From positions 62,001-126,000 of the forward strand of contig JAAPAO010000010.1 in the NCBI GenBank assembly GCA_013115145.1: DNA of 64,000 nt, read 5' to 3'. The stretch is from Perkinsus chesapeaki ATCC PRA-425 (Eukaryota > Protista > Perkinsozoa). Below are positions 10,785 through 22,867 of the stretch, one piece after another. Both the position numbers and the translations under genes were made by a program. The notes beneath the pieces were generated by a model, which had not been told where the DNA came from, ran no database searches, and saw only the letters and a list, made by a program, of their open reading frames with translations. Numbering within the stretch: position 1 is the stretch's first letter; each line of letters starts with the position of its first letter.

Positions 10785-13268
10785 TGCAGACCTAGATAGT
10801 AGACTTGCTGGCTTCATTCGTGCCGAGGATGCGGAGCGTTTGGTTACGGAAAACAACAAATCTCTTGAGGAGAAGTACGATGATGTCGCAGCTTCATGTG
10901 ACACTTCCCGGCCTACCCAGGATATCCAGTCTGGAAAAGAAGTTGGATATGAAAGCTCACGAAACAAGTGCACGGATAGCTTGTGTCGAAGCATCCCTTT
11001 CAGAAGTCGAGAAGCGGGTAGGTTGGTTAGGAAGCGATTTGGAAATCATTCTATTAGTAATATAGTACATAGGATTTAATGCTTGCATTTACTAGTATAA
11101 TATAGATAACTTATACTGTATTATTATAATATAGATAACCTTTGGTATGTTATACAGAACATTAGGATTCACATACATGTATAATTTCATAACAGTGAAC
11201 TGATTACATATACTACTCCCCATCTTACATTAGGTGTCTCAGTTGAAGGAGGAGAAAGAAGAGCAATTGGTCACATTGAATTCCAAGATTACTGTAAGTG
11301 GCTCGGCATCGGGGGGGACATGGCAGGCTTTTATCTCAGGACATCTCGACATCTTACAAGGCAGAAATTGCGACCTCTCAATCTGCCGTGAACTCCCGCA
11401 TCTCTGCGATGGAGGAGAAAATGCAAAGTAGTTTGTGTAACATAGAAGATGAAATGAAGCAAGGTAAACTGGGCGTTGCGCACTGTGAAGATTTCCCGCG
11501 GCGGTGATGGCCCTGTCAGGATTCTCTACCGTGAACAGCGAGAGGCTGGATGCTATGGAGGGAGGCTTGTCCGGTTTAAGCTCGAGACTAGACGCATTCG
11601 ACTCGAAAATCGATGCTGTTGATAACTGCATTATCAGCATACAAGCGAAGCACGAGAAGGATCGGGAAACAGGTTAGTCGGGTGGACGGCATAAGTTGCA
11701 GGGAGAGGAAGTGGTTCAGAATCGGGGCAACGTGAGCAGATGGAGAAGGCACGAAAGACGCTGGAGGACAATATCAAGGGCAAGCTGGAGGGCATTGAAC
11801 AGAAAATATCTGAGCTTGAAGCAAGTAAGATACGCTGACCTCGACGTGGACAGTCTTGAGGTGCCGTGCACTCGACGATTTCAAATTGATATCTAGTTGG
11901 CAGAATTCTTGTTCAGATGTTGCAATGAAGACCGATTCTGAAACAGTAGTGCAGAAGTGCGAGGAAATGGTCGCGGGAAGGCTATCAACTTGTGAGGGGA
12001 CTTCGATCGGGTCCGTTGTAGAGGGAGGCTCCGTTCAGTGTCATCCGAGCTGGATTCTCGATTTGAAACTATCGGCAAACAGATGTTGGATTTCCAGAAG
12101 ACCTGTGACGATCAAACTGAGGAGTTCGCTGCGGAACAGGAGCATCTCAAGGAGGAATTAGGTGGGCGACAAGCATCTTATGGCAAGCAGCTGTGAGTTT
12201 TTGTATTTGCAGGCAAAGTGCACGAAGTAGCGAAGGCTGCGTCAGTTGATGGAAGTGAGAAGAGCGCTAAATTAGAGTTGAAATTACAGCGGGATATTAA
12301 AGGTAAGGATCTTATAGATCACCAATTCGAAACTACGGACTTGATTCCCTTTGGGATTCAACGTGCGTTTTTGCTCGTAACGTCTGGAGCGCTAGTTTGG
12401 GTTCGCTGTGGAGGACTGTTTCAGATATCACCAAACAGATTGAAGTTGTGCAACCACGGATTGATGACATTCAGCGAGATATTCAAACTAAACTCGGGCT
12501 GTGAGCATTCGAGCATCGCCAAAGGCCGTTTGGGTGCATGCTGTATTTCAGGATTTCTCGGAAGCTGCGGCATCTTTCTCATTCCGGTTTGAACCACACT
12601 TGGAAGCTGACTGACGCTGTAGGATGGTTAATTCTCCAGTCTCCGACAGAATCTTCAGCTCAACAAAATTGGCGCATTGGGTGTCTCCGCTGGCCGCTTC
12701 CTTGATTCACCGCCATTTGCGCTCGGAGCTTACAAGAACATGCAGTTGAGGCTCTTCCCTAAGGGCTGCGGGCATGGTCCGCCGGGAGTAGTGCTCTTGC
12801 ACGGTCGGCATATTGGATGTTTTGCTCTGTCGTCAGGCAGCCTCTAATTTGGTTATGCAGAAGTCAGCGGCATGCAGTCTGTGGCTGGTCTGGAATCCTC
12901 AAGGATCGAATAGAGACAGTCGATTGCCGCCTATACGAGTAGAGTTGGCTGTTGGGAAGTAGCTGCACTGAACTCTCTTCTCAACAACCTTACCTTGTCT
13001 CTTAGATCACGGAAAGGCCCGCTTGAAATGGGTCATCACGAGTCCCTCTATGGTTGCTATGTATGGCAAGGCAACGATATCTGTGTAAGGATCGCTCTTG
13101 TTTCATTTAGTGCGTCGTTGTTAGTGAGTTGCCATTCGCGTTTGTTAGGTACTTGAGCATGAGCTCCTTGCCGATGGATCTCTGGAGGTCTCCGTGTCCA
13201 TACCGTAACTTCCGCAACGAAGTTTATAGTACATATAGACCACCAATCAGGTATCGTCAGTGGTATGA
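10785..13268 (+). CDS. Coiled-coil protein with C-terminal MATH-like domain, multi-exon
   Basis: Several heptad-rich exons (SLEEKYDDVAAS, SAMEEKMQSSLCNIEDEMKQ), then SPPFALGAYKNMQLRLFPKG and CSLWLVW, and a terminal ELLADGSLE/VSSVV*. This resembles the MATH SPxF...LxLxxYPxG pattern. Confidence 0.5.
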
Positions 13269-13320
13269 TGCTTTGGAGCTCACACCGGACGAAGCCGACT
13301 TTGAGAAGGGACAGTTGAGC

Positions 13321-14150
13321 TCAGAAATTGCACAAAATGTGTTCCATCCAAAACCCGAAGGTGCCTCGTCGCATACGGTTCATCCACTCTACAGTCTTTT
13401 CCTCAGCGTCAGATGAGCGGGAAGCATTGGGCAGTTCGAGGATGTCGATTGCTAGCAGCGCCTTTACCTTTGCACCAGACATGCCTGGCATCATGAGCAA
13501 CTCCGTTTCAGCACCTGTAGGGGTGGTATGCATGGAGGCTAGTAGGAAGTCTGTAACTAGTCGCATTTTAGTCGCCTCCAATGCCTCGGATCCCCGAATC
13601 ATCGAATCCTTTCGACCGAACGCTCCCATCACTCACCGAGCTGCAGCCAAGAGCTCTCATCAGGCCGAGCTCCGCCGCTCAAGTAGACTAATTATGGATC
13701 GAGGCGTGCTGTTGATACTTCCCTCAGTTGCGTTCTTTTTCGCCAACGCCAGCATTCAGCGACGGGGAAGCAACAGTCTCCAACAGGTAAGCACTGTTTA
13801 TGTTCCATAAGTGAAACAATACTTCAGTGGTGATAGAATCCGCCCACAAACGATGAATCTTAGCACTGCAACAAGGAACCCTTTTAGCACTAGCGGCAGT
13901 GACATAGATGTTCCTACCGCACCAAACAGGTAGAAAAGACGCTTTCCTGAACATCGCGTATCGGTTGCTAGTCCATCTGCTACTGCAAGACAAACACAAC
14001 CGATGCATCGGCAACGTAATTCAGTTCCCGCGAGTAAGTGTCGCTTCGCGTTGAGATTTGATCGCAGCTCTTCTGTAGGCTTTTCCCACCCCGCAGGGGC
14101 TCGCGGATCGGAAACGGTCTCTCCGAGACGATCAAATTGGACTCAATTCG
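13321..14150 (-). CDS. Hypothetical protein with a helix-hairpin-helix-like C-terminal motif
   Basis: ELLMMPGMSGAKVKALL in ORF 13321-13632 resembles HhH motifs. Upstream exons are unresolved. Confidence 0.3.
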
Positions 14151-15328
14151 CCGGTACGCCGTGAACAGTATTTATTAAATTTCCAACTCCACAGGTTGAG
14201 TAATTTAACTGCCACAATGATACTCGTTACATTTGCTAATGCCCATAGTTCGTAGCTCGAAGGGCTCGTCCGACGTGTAAAAATTGAGACAAACTATTCA
14301 AAGACACAGTTTTCTACTAAGCGATGCATTGAGTTAGTGGTGTAGCCAAGATGATGTGCGTTAGAAGCAACCTCCTACATGGAGTGGGGTGGTGATTATC
14401 AGTGCGACGGTGGATCGATCCAGTTGGTTAAAGCCACCAGAACACAGCGTAATTACTAGGCTCTAGTAGATACGCAAGTTCCGCGTGTCCTAGAAACACT
14501 TCAAACCGAACCTTGCTGAACAAGGTCTGAGAGCGTGTAGTTAATGAAAAGGCGAAAATTACTTTACCTGGTACAGTTAAGGAATTTAGATATCCTAATG
14601 CTGGCAGTAGGGAGTTTCTGGGTGACTAGAATTGGTAACCAGAGAGGAGCTCATTGACTTCTTTATTAAGGGTTCTAGGGATGCTTTGTGGTGGTATGGG
14701 ATTAGGTATAAGTGAGGATGGTTTAATGGAGGAGGCTCTTACAGAGATCTTAGAGCCGCGAAATGGCCCCAAATATTCGTCCAAAGGAAGATGGAAACTT
14801 CGAATGAAAAACGAATTCGAAGAAGCGTAAAATGAATAAGACGATTGCAGTAGTATGAGAAGTGGTTGGAGGACTCCACCGACCCAGTGGCAGGGGTAGG
14901 GTAGCTCACCGAGGGGGCGCGGGGCGAGGGGTGCGCATACCAAACGAATGGACCTTCAAATGAGCGATGTCGCTGAGACGGAAGAGTGTGCTCAACGATC
15001 CGCCCACCAGGTTTCCCTCCGAATGGCAACGCAAACCTTCCACTTGGTAGAAACGTTATTAGTACTAATAGTACAGCAAGGCGGCGCTGGCGTTAGACGC
15101 GGAGCATATTCACGCGAAGCACACTTTATGTCCCATGGTTCACAGAGGCCACCAAAAGGTCTCTGACACTACTCACTAATTGATCCTCCAATAATAAGGA
15201 GGGACGCAAGCCGTGAGAATACTACTCCGAGTAGTGTAGAAAGCACTACTCAAGAATAACATGATAACGAAGACGAGGAAGATAAGGAACAACAGTATAT
15301 AACGATTAGGATTCAGTGTGATAGAACA

Positions 15329-16621
15329 TCACATATAGGCAGTCTGCTGGATAATAGTAGCAATTACGGAACCAATCAGGATACCACAAATGAGACCAAA
15401 GGCCATCACGTAACCGGCAATCTCCAACTCATCCTGCTCGTTCTGGTCCACTTGAGTTGGACCATGAATCATACACCACGAGGCCACAATACCATTGGAA
15501 CCGGCGAATAAGGCCATGATAACGAATCGGAACCAATCTTGGCTGAACGGCGATATCGTCAATTCCGCACATAAGAAGAACAATGCAATGAAAATCAAAC
15601 GACCAAATGAGGCAAAGCGAGTTCCTCGTTTAGACAAGCGTAAATGATAACTAGGGGAGGAACGGCCAATGGTATCAAAGACTTGATAGCAATAGGTCAT
15701 GAGCTGACCGAAGAGGCCGACAGATAGATCAGATGGCTTCATCTGGAAGACGAGCCAAGGGAAGACAGTGAAAGTAATAGTGAAACTAAGCCACACGTTA
15801 AAGGCTTGTGGCATAGTATCCCACACGACGTGACCGAGAGGGCGCTTCATCTGTCTTTTCAGCTCGAACTTATGTCGACCTTCCTCAAGCTCAAGAACAC
15901 CAGACATTAAGGGATGACGCTGCATACCATACTTGTACATAGGAATGGTAAGGAAGTTAGCAATCATTCCCAGACCAAAGAATAACACCATACGAGGGTA
16001 AGCGTAGTCGGTGACACCGCAGCCTTGAAGTATGGCTTGGCAGAGCCTGTCAAGGGGCCAAGCAATGAGGCCGGATACACCCTCACCTATAAGAATGAAC
16101 TCGGTGCATACAGGGTCCACGAGTGCAGCCAAACCAAACATAGATGATTCCATGAGCGAGTTGGCAAAGCCGAAAATACCAATGAGAGCACAACCAGCTC
16201 CGAAGCCAGCCGCGTGGTCGTTCCTGGCGAATGTGATGGCACAAACAGCAATAAGAATCATGCTTATACCCATAACGATACAGCCAGTGTAGAAACGAGG
16301 ACCGAATTTGAATCGGTTACCGATCCATACAAGCATCAACTGACCAGCATTGATGCAAAGTGAGTAGCACAGAGAGCACCAAGTTCCATAGGCATCACCG
16401 AAGGCATCAATTAGTGTGCCCAGCTCGCCAAGAATGAAGTTCCAACCAAGAAGGGCTACACAGCCAATAACACAGAACATAGCCTTCAGTTTCCAGTCAA
16501 CATGTTTTCTCTCGTCTTTTGCTGGTTGGACAGGAACAGCCTCCTCCATAGACTCAACGGTAGTCGTATCATCTTCGTTAGGAGTATTCTTCTTTGGAGC
16601 GAAGCAAGTGAAGACGGTCAT
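15329..16621 (-). CDS. Equilibrative nucleoside transporter (SLC29/ENT family), copy 1, intronless, 430 aa from MTVFTCF
   Basis: Uninterrupted ORF with about 11 hydrophobic segments and ENT motifs IGCVALLGWNFIL, ESSMFGLA, GEGVSGL, TITFTVFP, FDTIGR, FAGSNG, EIAGYVMAFGLICGILIGS. Confidence 0.92.
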   Translation of the reverse strand: MTVFTCFAPKKNTPNEDDTTTVESMEEAVPVQPAKDERKHVDWKLKAMFCVIGCVALLGWNFILGELGTLIDAFGDAYGTWCSLCYSLCINAGQLMLVWIGNRFKFGPRFYTGCIVMGISMILIAVCAITFARNDHAAGFGAGCALIGIFGFANSLMESSMFGLAALVDPVCTEFILIGEGVSGLIAWPLDRLCQAILQGCGVTDYAYPRMVLFFGLGMIANFLTIPMYKYGMQRHPLMSGVLELEEGRHKFELKRQMKRPLGHVVWDTMPQAFNVWLSFTITFTVFPWLVFQMKPSDLSVGLFGQLMTYCYQVFDTIGRSSPSYHLRLSKRGTRFASFGRLIFIALFFLCAELTISPFSQDWFRFVIMALFAGSNGIVASWCMIHGPTQVDQNEQDELEIAGYVMAFGLICGILIGSVIATIIQQTAYM

Positions 16622-16879
16622 AGGAAGGTAGAGGGGGCTGGTAAAGGAACTGAAAAACACGATTAAAGGTGCTGGCGCGGAAAATGAAAAAAGCACAAAT
16701 CGAAGGGTAAGAAACAATGTTGATAACCAACTTGCATATAGCCTACAGTAGGAGCGAGTAATCGAACTGTACAGGTGGCTCAATAGCCACCTCGCTGTTG
16801 AACTGGTGAACCTCAAAAATAATAATATTGGACCAGTAATCTCTGTACAAACTAGAAACTTGATTGTTAGCCGTTATAG

Positions 16880-18133
16880 TTACATATACGCAACTTGTTG
16901 AATGATGGTTGCTATGACGGAACCGATAAGTATACCGAATATTAGAGCGAATGCCATAACATAGCCTGCGACTTCCATCTCCTCCTTCTCAGACTGATCA
17001 ACTTGGGAGGGCCCATGAATCATACACCATGTTGCTACCACACCATTAGAGCCCGCAAACAAAGCCATAATTACAAAGCGGAACCAGTCCTGATTGAAAG
17101 GGGAGAAAGTGAGATGTACACACAAGAAGAAGAGAGGAATGAAAATAATCCTCGCCAAACACGCATAACGCGTGACCTTCTTGCCGAGGCGAATACGGAG
17201 GTTCGGGGCAAAACGACCTAAAGTATCAAAAACTTGATAACAATAGGTCATTAGCTGACCGAAGGTTGTAGTAGCCATAGAGGATGGTACCATGTGGAAG
17301 ATAAGCCAAGGGAAGACAGTGAAGGTAATAGTGAAGTTCGCCCATACATTGAAGGCCATAGGCATAGTATCCCAGATAACCTTATTAATGGGACGCTTCA
17401 TGCTCTTGTTCAATTCGAACTTATCCCTGTTAGCTTCGATCTCGAATACACGGACCATATATGGATGAGTCTCTGTAGCATACTTGTACATTGGGATGAC
17501 TGCAAGATTAGCCAACAGAGCCAGCCCATAAAAGAATACCATCCTAGGGTACTGATAGTCAGTTACACCACATGCTTGAAGAATAGCCTGGCATAACATA
17601 TCAACCGGCCAGGCCAATAGACCAGCAACGCCCTCACCAATCATAATCCACTCGGTGCACTCGGAAGTAACAAGAGCGGCTAGACCGAACATAGACGATT
17701 CCATAAGGGCGTTGGCGAAACCGAAAGTACCGATGAAGACACAACCACATGCGAATCCTGCCCACTGATGCTCGCGGGCGAATGTTATGGCACAGATGGC
17801 AATGAGCATTTGCGAGATACCCATACCGAGGCAACCTATGTAGAACCTGGGACCGAACTTGAAACGGTTACCCATATAGACCAGCAGAAGCTGTCCAGCG
17901 TTAATGCACAGAGAATAGCACAGAGACACCCAGGTTCCATAGGATTCACCGAATGCATCAATCAGGGTACCCAACTCGCCGAGGATGAAGTTCCAACCGA
18001 GAAGGGCAACGCAACCGATGACGCAGAACTGAGCCTGAAGCTTCCAATCGCATCGAGGTTCAGTAACTTTCTTGACGTTGCTCGCACCGTCACTGTCCGT
18101 CTTGGGAGTTGCAAAGCACGAAAAAATATTCAT
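16880..18133 (-). CDS. Equilibrative nucleoside transporter, copy 2, intronless, 417 aa from MNIFSCF
   Basis: Same ENT motif set as copy 1. ATG at 18133. Confidence 0.92.
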   Translation of the reverse strand: MNIFSCFATPKTDSDGASNVKKVTEPRCDWKLQAQFCVIGCVALLGWNFILGELGTLIDAFGESYGTWVSLCYSLCINAGQLLLVYMGNRFKFGPRFYIGCLGMGISQMLIAICAITFAREHQWAGFACGCVFIGTFGFANALMESSMFGLAALVTSECTEWIMIGEGVAGLLAWPVDMLCQAILQACGVTDYQYPRMVFFYGLALLANLAVIPMYKYATETHPYMVRVFEIEANRDKFELNKSMKRPINKVIWDTMPMAFNVWANFTITFTVFPWLIFHMVPSSMATTTFGQLMTYCYQVFDTLGRFAPNLRIRLGKKVTRYACLARIIFIPLFFLCVHLTFSPFNQDWFRFVIMALFAGSNGVVATWCMIHGPSQVDQSEKEEMEVAGYVMAFALIFGILIGSVIATIIQQVAYM

Positions 18134-19281
18134 TAGAGGAACAAAGCTGCACAAAGGTCGTGAGAGTCATGACCACCCCCCTCCCTATGAGTTCTCCCTA
18201 GTAATCTAGGTATCTAAGCTAATCATAACTCTAGTATATACTACTTGAGAGGATAGCTCTCCAAGCATCTAAGTTCCCCATCAAGCAGCACCAACAGCTG
18301 TATTCAATCCCCCTGGGCTGTCTCCTCAACACAGTTCTTAGCGTGAGTTCCCCTTTGTGTGCTACTCTGTCCCCCTACCGCAAGAAAAGAGGATGGGCTC
18401 GCCCTATTCACTAAAAAGGCGGGAAACTGAGCGCAAAGGTTGATAGAACGCATCCGCCTAGTTGTAATTTGCGCCACGAAGTATGCGCGGGGGAGTGAAC
18501 CTACCAATTGCACGCACGCGCATAGCGCGAGGAACATGGCCAAATCAAAGCGAGCGCTCTGTGGACGAGGAATACTCGGTGAAGGAAAACGAGAGCATCC
18601 CTTATGATAAGTTCACAATGAGGTTACTTTGATGAATGCGGAATGAGGACACACAAACGCCAGGCGCACTTAGGAAGCCAAAAAATTAATAAGGAACATC
18701 CAGACTGAGACCCGACACGTGCTAAATACCCGGACAAACTCCTACCGATAACACCGTTTGATTATTAATTGACTGCAAGCGGACAAGTATGAGGACATAC
18801 TGTGCATTGTGATTGTAGTGTGCACTGGGAACTTCTGGATGATGATGGTGACCCACCGCACAGCGACTCAGCAGGGCCTCTGCCTTACATACTCCACCAT
18901 GGGGTTCTATAACCCGCTTTTCTAACAGCTTCGGTTTATACCCACAGCTTACAACTGAAGCTTTGCACGAATATGGAGACAGTTTCACTTCTCGTAACAC
19001 AAGTTTTGCTGAACAACGCGATGTACAACTACTCACCCATTAGAGGGTACCATTCGACCGAGGAGCGCAGCCACCCAAGTACCACGCTTTTCAGACAAAG
19101 GTCAACTCAACAAACAATATTTTCTTTTTCAAGCGTGATGTCTGTGGATTGGTATCCTCTTTGGAGATAAGTGTGAGTTTAAAACAGCTCATTAGCACTA
19201 GTAAGTTGAAGGTAAGGAGGGTACACGGCAGTGGTTCGAAGAAAATGCTAATCAAGCCTGGTTGAGACAAATAACTCACAA

Positions 19282-20649
19282 TTACATGTACGCAGTTTGC
19301 TTAATAATAGTAGCAAGAACGGAGCCTGTTAGGATACCGCAGATCAAACCGAATGACATAACATAACCGGCGATCTCCAGTTCTTCCTTCTCGTTTCGAT
19401 CGACCTGCGTAGGGCCATGAATCATACAAGAAGCTGCGAGGATTCCGTTGGTTATCCCCAAGAAAGCCATAATAACGAAGCGGAACCAATCCTCAGAAAA
19501 TGGTGCAAACGAGAGATGTATACACAGAAAGAACAAAGGAATAAAAACCAGACGGCATAAAGCAGCATACGGGGTTGCCTTTTTACCCAGACGAACGTGA
19601 TAGGATGGCGACGCACGTCCTACTGTATCACATACTTGATAACAATACGTCATCAGTTTGCCGAACTCTGTGGGGGATAAGGAAGATGGACTCATCTCGA
19701 AGATGGTCCATGGGAAAACAGTATAAGAGATAGTAAAGCTGAACCAGACGGTTAGAGCCTGTGGCGCTACATCGCGAAGGATACAAACCAACGGACGCTT
19801 TGTCTCTTTCTTTAAACAGAACTCCTGGCGGCCCTCTTCAATCTCAAGGGCCTTTATAATAACAGGATGATGCTGCATAGCATACTTATACATAGGAATA
19901 GTAGCAAAGTTGACGAGCATACCGATACCAAAGAATAGTACCATACGGGGATAAGCGTAGTCGGTGACACCAAAGGCTTCAATGATAACTTGGCAGAGCA
20001 TATCCAACGGCCAGGCTATGAGACCGGATACTCCTTCGCCGATCAGAATGAACTGCATTGATACTGGACCAACTAAAGCAGCCAAACCAAACATGGTGGA
20101 CTCCATAACCGCATTAGCAAAGCCATAGACACCCACGAACACACAGCCTGCAGCGAGCCCAGCCATCTGGTTGGTCCTGGCGAATGTGATGGCGCAAATA
20201 GCAATAAGAATCATGCTTACACCCATGACGAAACAACCAACGTAGAAACGAGGACCAAACTTGAATCGGTTACCGAACCAAATAAGGGTTAGCTGACCAG
20301 CATTAATACACAGAGAGAAGCACAGCGAGCACCAGGTGCCATAGACCCCGCCAAAGGCATCAATTAGTGTACCCAGCTCGCCAAGGATAAAGTTCCAACC
20401 AAGAAGGGCTACACAGCCAATAACACCGAACATAGCCTTCAGTTTCCAATCGATGTACATGTTCTTTGGTGTCTTCGCGCTTATACCCTCTATAGAGGAC
20501 GTATCAACTTCAATGGAAGGATACCGGCTCTCTGCGGACGCGAAAACCTTGGCCCTCGGCGAAGACTCGGCCAGTCGTGTCATTAGCGAAGGAGCAGCAC
20601 TGTCGAAACTAAACGAGAAATCCTTACTAAGAATCTCTCGGGAACTCAT
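19282..20649 (-). CDS. Equilibrative nucleoside transporter, copy 3, intronless, 455 aa
   Basis: Same ENT motif set, with a longer Ser-rich N-terminus. Confidence 0.92.
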   Translation of the reverse strand: MSSREILSKDFSFSFDSAAPSLMTRLAESSPRAKVFASAESRYPSIEVDTSSIEGISAKTPKNMYIDWKLKAMFGVIGCVALLGWNFILGELGTLIDAFGGVYGTWCSLCFSLCINAGQLTLIWFGNRFKFGPRFYVGCFVMGVSMILIAICAITFARTNQMAGLAAGCVFVGVYGFANAVMESTMFGLAALVGPVSMQFILIGEGVSGLIAWPLDMLCQVIIEAFGVTDYAYPRMVLFFGIGMLVNFATIPMYKYAMQHHPVIIKALEIEEGRQEFCLKKETKRPLVCILRDVAPQALTVWFSFTISYTVFPWTIFEMSPSSLSPTEFGKLMTYCYQVCDTVGRASPSYHVRLGKKATPYAALCRLVFIPLFFLCIHLSFAPFSEDWFRFVIMAFLGITNGILAASCMIHGPTQVDRNEKEELEIAGYVMSFGLICGILTGSVLATIIKQTAYM

Positions 20650-21132
20650 AAGTTAGAAATATGCCGAGCCCCGACGCTTCAATCCCTTCCGCTAATTCAA
20701 TAACCCGCTTGATCCAGCACGGCTTAATGAAACATATCGCTGTATTTAATGCAATTCCGCCGAAGTGTGCAGCACAGACCCACCCATTCTTGATTTAAAA
20801 TCTCACTTAGCGCCACATGAATGGTATGGTTGGTAGGAAACAAATGATCATCGATAGATGCTGCTGTTGTTGTTTTATTATTATTAAAGATATAGACAGT
20901 GGTAGAACAAACTGTTAATAGTAGATACATTTTGTGGTCTAGGGCCAATATGGCCAAAATGCATCCATACCGCCCCAACTAAAGTGCTACGAGTTCAACA
21001 GGTTTTCACCGTCCCCTAGAACGAGGCCGGTTCCCTGGTGAGTATAAAGCGAAACGCCGGAGACACCGGTCGACAGGCGGCAATAGCGGGTACCCGCGGT
21101 GGCTGATAAACTAGGATCATACAAGAACTATT

Positions 21133-22413
21133 TTACATATAAGCACACTGCTGTATAATGGTAGCGATAATAGAACCAAGGAAGATACCGAGAATAAGGG
21201 CAAATGCCATAACGTAACCAGCAATCTCTAATTCTTCCTTCTCATTTTGGTCTACTTGCTCGGGGCCGTAAATCATACACCAAGTGGCAACAGAACCATT
21301 GGTAAAGGCAAATAGGGCCATAATTACAAACCGCCACCAATCAGAGTGGAATGGAGGAACATCAACGCTGAAGTTGAGGAAGAATAATGCGATAAATATT
21401 ACTCGACCGAGAGCAACCCATCGAATTATCTTCTTACCAAGACGGAAGTGCAGATTGGGAGAGAATCTACCGATGGTATCAAAAACTTGGAAACAGTAAG
21501 TCATCAGTTGACCAAACTGATCTGTTGAGAGTGCCGAGGGGACCATTTGGAAGATAGTCCACGGGAAGACAACGAAACTGATCGTAAAGCTAGCACACAC
21601 ATTGAAGGCCATGGGGATAGTATCCTTAACAACCTTGCTGGTAGGTCGCTTCATAGTCTTCTTAAGTTGGAACTTCGCTCTATCTTCCTCAATTTTATAT
21701 ACAGGTTGCATGAAAGGATGCTTTTGCATACCAAACATATACATAGGAATAATAGCAAAGTTAGCAAGCATAGCCAAGCCATAGAAGAAAATCATACGAG
21801 GGTACATATAATCAGTCACACCACAGCCAACAAGGATAGCCTGACAGAGTCTATCCACAGGCCAGGCCAATAAACCAGCAATACCCTCACCGATCATAAT
21901 CCACTCTGTGCACTCAGCAGTGACAAGAGCGGCTAGACCGAACATAGACGATTCCATCAGAGCATTGGCGAAACCGAAGATACCCACAAAAACGCAACCA
22001 AACACGAATCCAAGAGTTCGGTTTTGTTGAGCCCAAGTAGCAGCGCAAATGGCTAACAATATCTGGGACAGACCCATACCAATGCAACCAATATAAAAAC
22101 GAGGGCCGAACTTGAACCTGTTACCCATATACACCAGCAGCAGTTGGCCGCAGTTAATAAAGAATGAGTAACATAGAGACACCCAGGTTCCGTACGCCTC
22201 ACCGAAGGCATCGATAAGAGCGCCCAGTTCACCAAGGATGAAGTTCCAACCAAGAAGGGCAACACAACCAATGATACAGAACATAGTCTTTAGTTTCCAA
22301 TCGCAGGTTGGCTCCTTGGTCACCTGGGTCGTTGCTTTAGAGGAGCCCGGAGAACCCGCCTCGGTCACCTCATCATCGTGTTTCTCCTTCTTCCCAAAGC
22401 ACGAAAATGCCAT
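21133..22413 (-). CDS. Equilibrative nucleoside transporter, copy 4, intronless, 426 aa from MAFSCF
   Basis: Same ENT motif set. ATG at 22413. Confidence 0.92.
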   Translation of the reverse strand: MAFSCFGKKEKHDDEVTEAGSPGSSKATTQVTKEPTCDWKLKTMFCIIGCVALLGWNFILGELGALIDAFGEAYGTWVSLCYSFFINCGQLLLVYMGNRFKFGPRFYIGCIGMGLSQILLAICAATWAQQNRTLGFVFGCVFVGIFGFANALMESSMFGLAALVTAECTEWIMIGEGIAGLLAWPVDRLCQAILVGCGVTDYMYPRMIFFYGLAMLANFAIIPMYMFGMQKHPFMQPVYKIEEDRAKFQLKKTMKRPTSKVVKDTIPMAFNVCASFTISFVVFPWTIFQMVPSALSTDQFGQLMTYCFQVFDTIGRFSPNLHFRLGKKIIRWVALGRVIFIALFFLNFSVDVPPFHSDWWRFVIMALFAFTNGSVATWCMIYGPEQVDQNEKEELEIAGYVMAFALILGIFLGSIIATIIQQCAYM

Positions 22414-22867
22414 AGTCAAAAAGTTTAAACTGAAAATAAACCTCGAATGATTCAAACCCACGTGCAATACTACAGGTGTGAAAAAGTACACCCTCGCCAA
22501 TTACACCCCTACCGGAAGGCACACTCAACCGACCTACAACACTAGCTACTGCTGGACACAGCATCGCTAGCGCAGCTCATATCATAGCGGCTTGGACACA
22601 AAAGGGGGACAATCAGAGATACCACCGTGGTCACTGAACACTGGTCAGCACGCATGCCCACCGCACGGTTGGTTCCCCTCGACAGCGGGGCAATCTCGGG
22701 GAGACTATTAAAAACTCAACAGGACATAGCAGGGCAACGGGGTAGGTGACACTGATGTGGAGGAGCATGCTTGAGTGGTACCAAGCCTACGGTCAGGAGA
22801 ATCTTCGAGCTCGCTAGCAGTTTGCTTGCTCATGCCTTTTCGAGTAAGGAGCGCCTCGGCTGGGCTC

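Noticed and set aside
13321-13416. Apparent overlap of convergent coding sequences
   Set aside because: A better splice model ends the + strand MATH-like gene at 13268 (DGSLE/VSSVV*), which removes the overlap.
21026-21078. Hammerhead-ribozyme-like core CTGGTGAG...CGAAAC...GTC
   Set aside because: The invariant CUGAUGA has an A-to-G change, stem II is at most 2 bp, stem III needs a bulge, and stem I does not pair.
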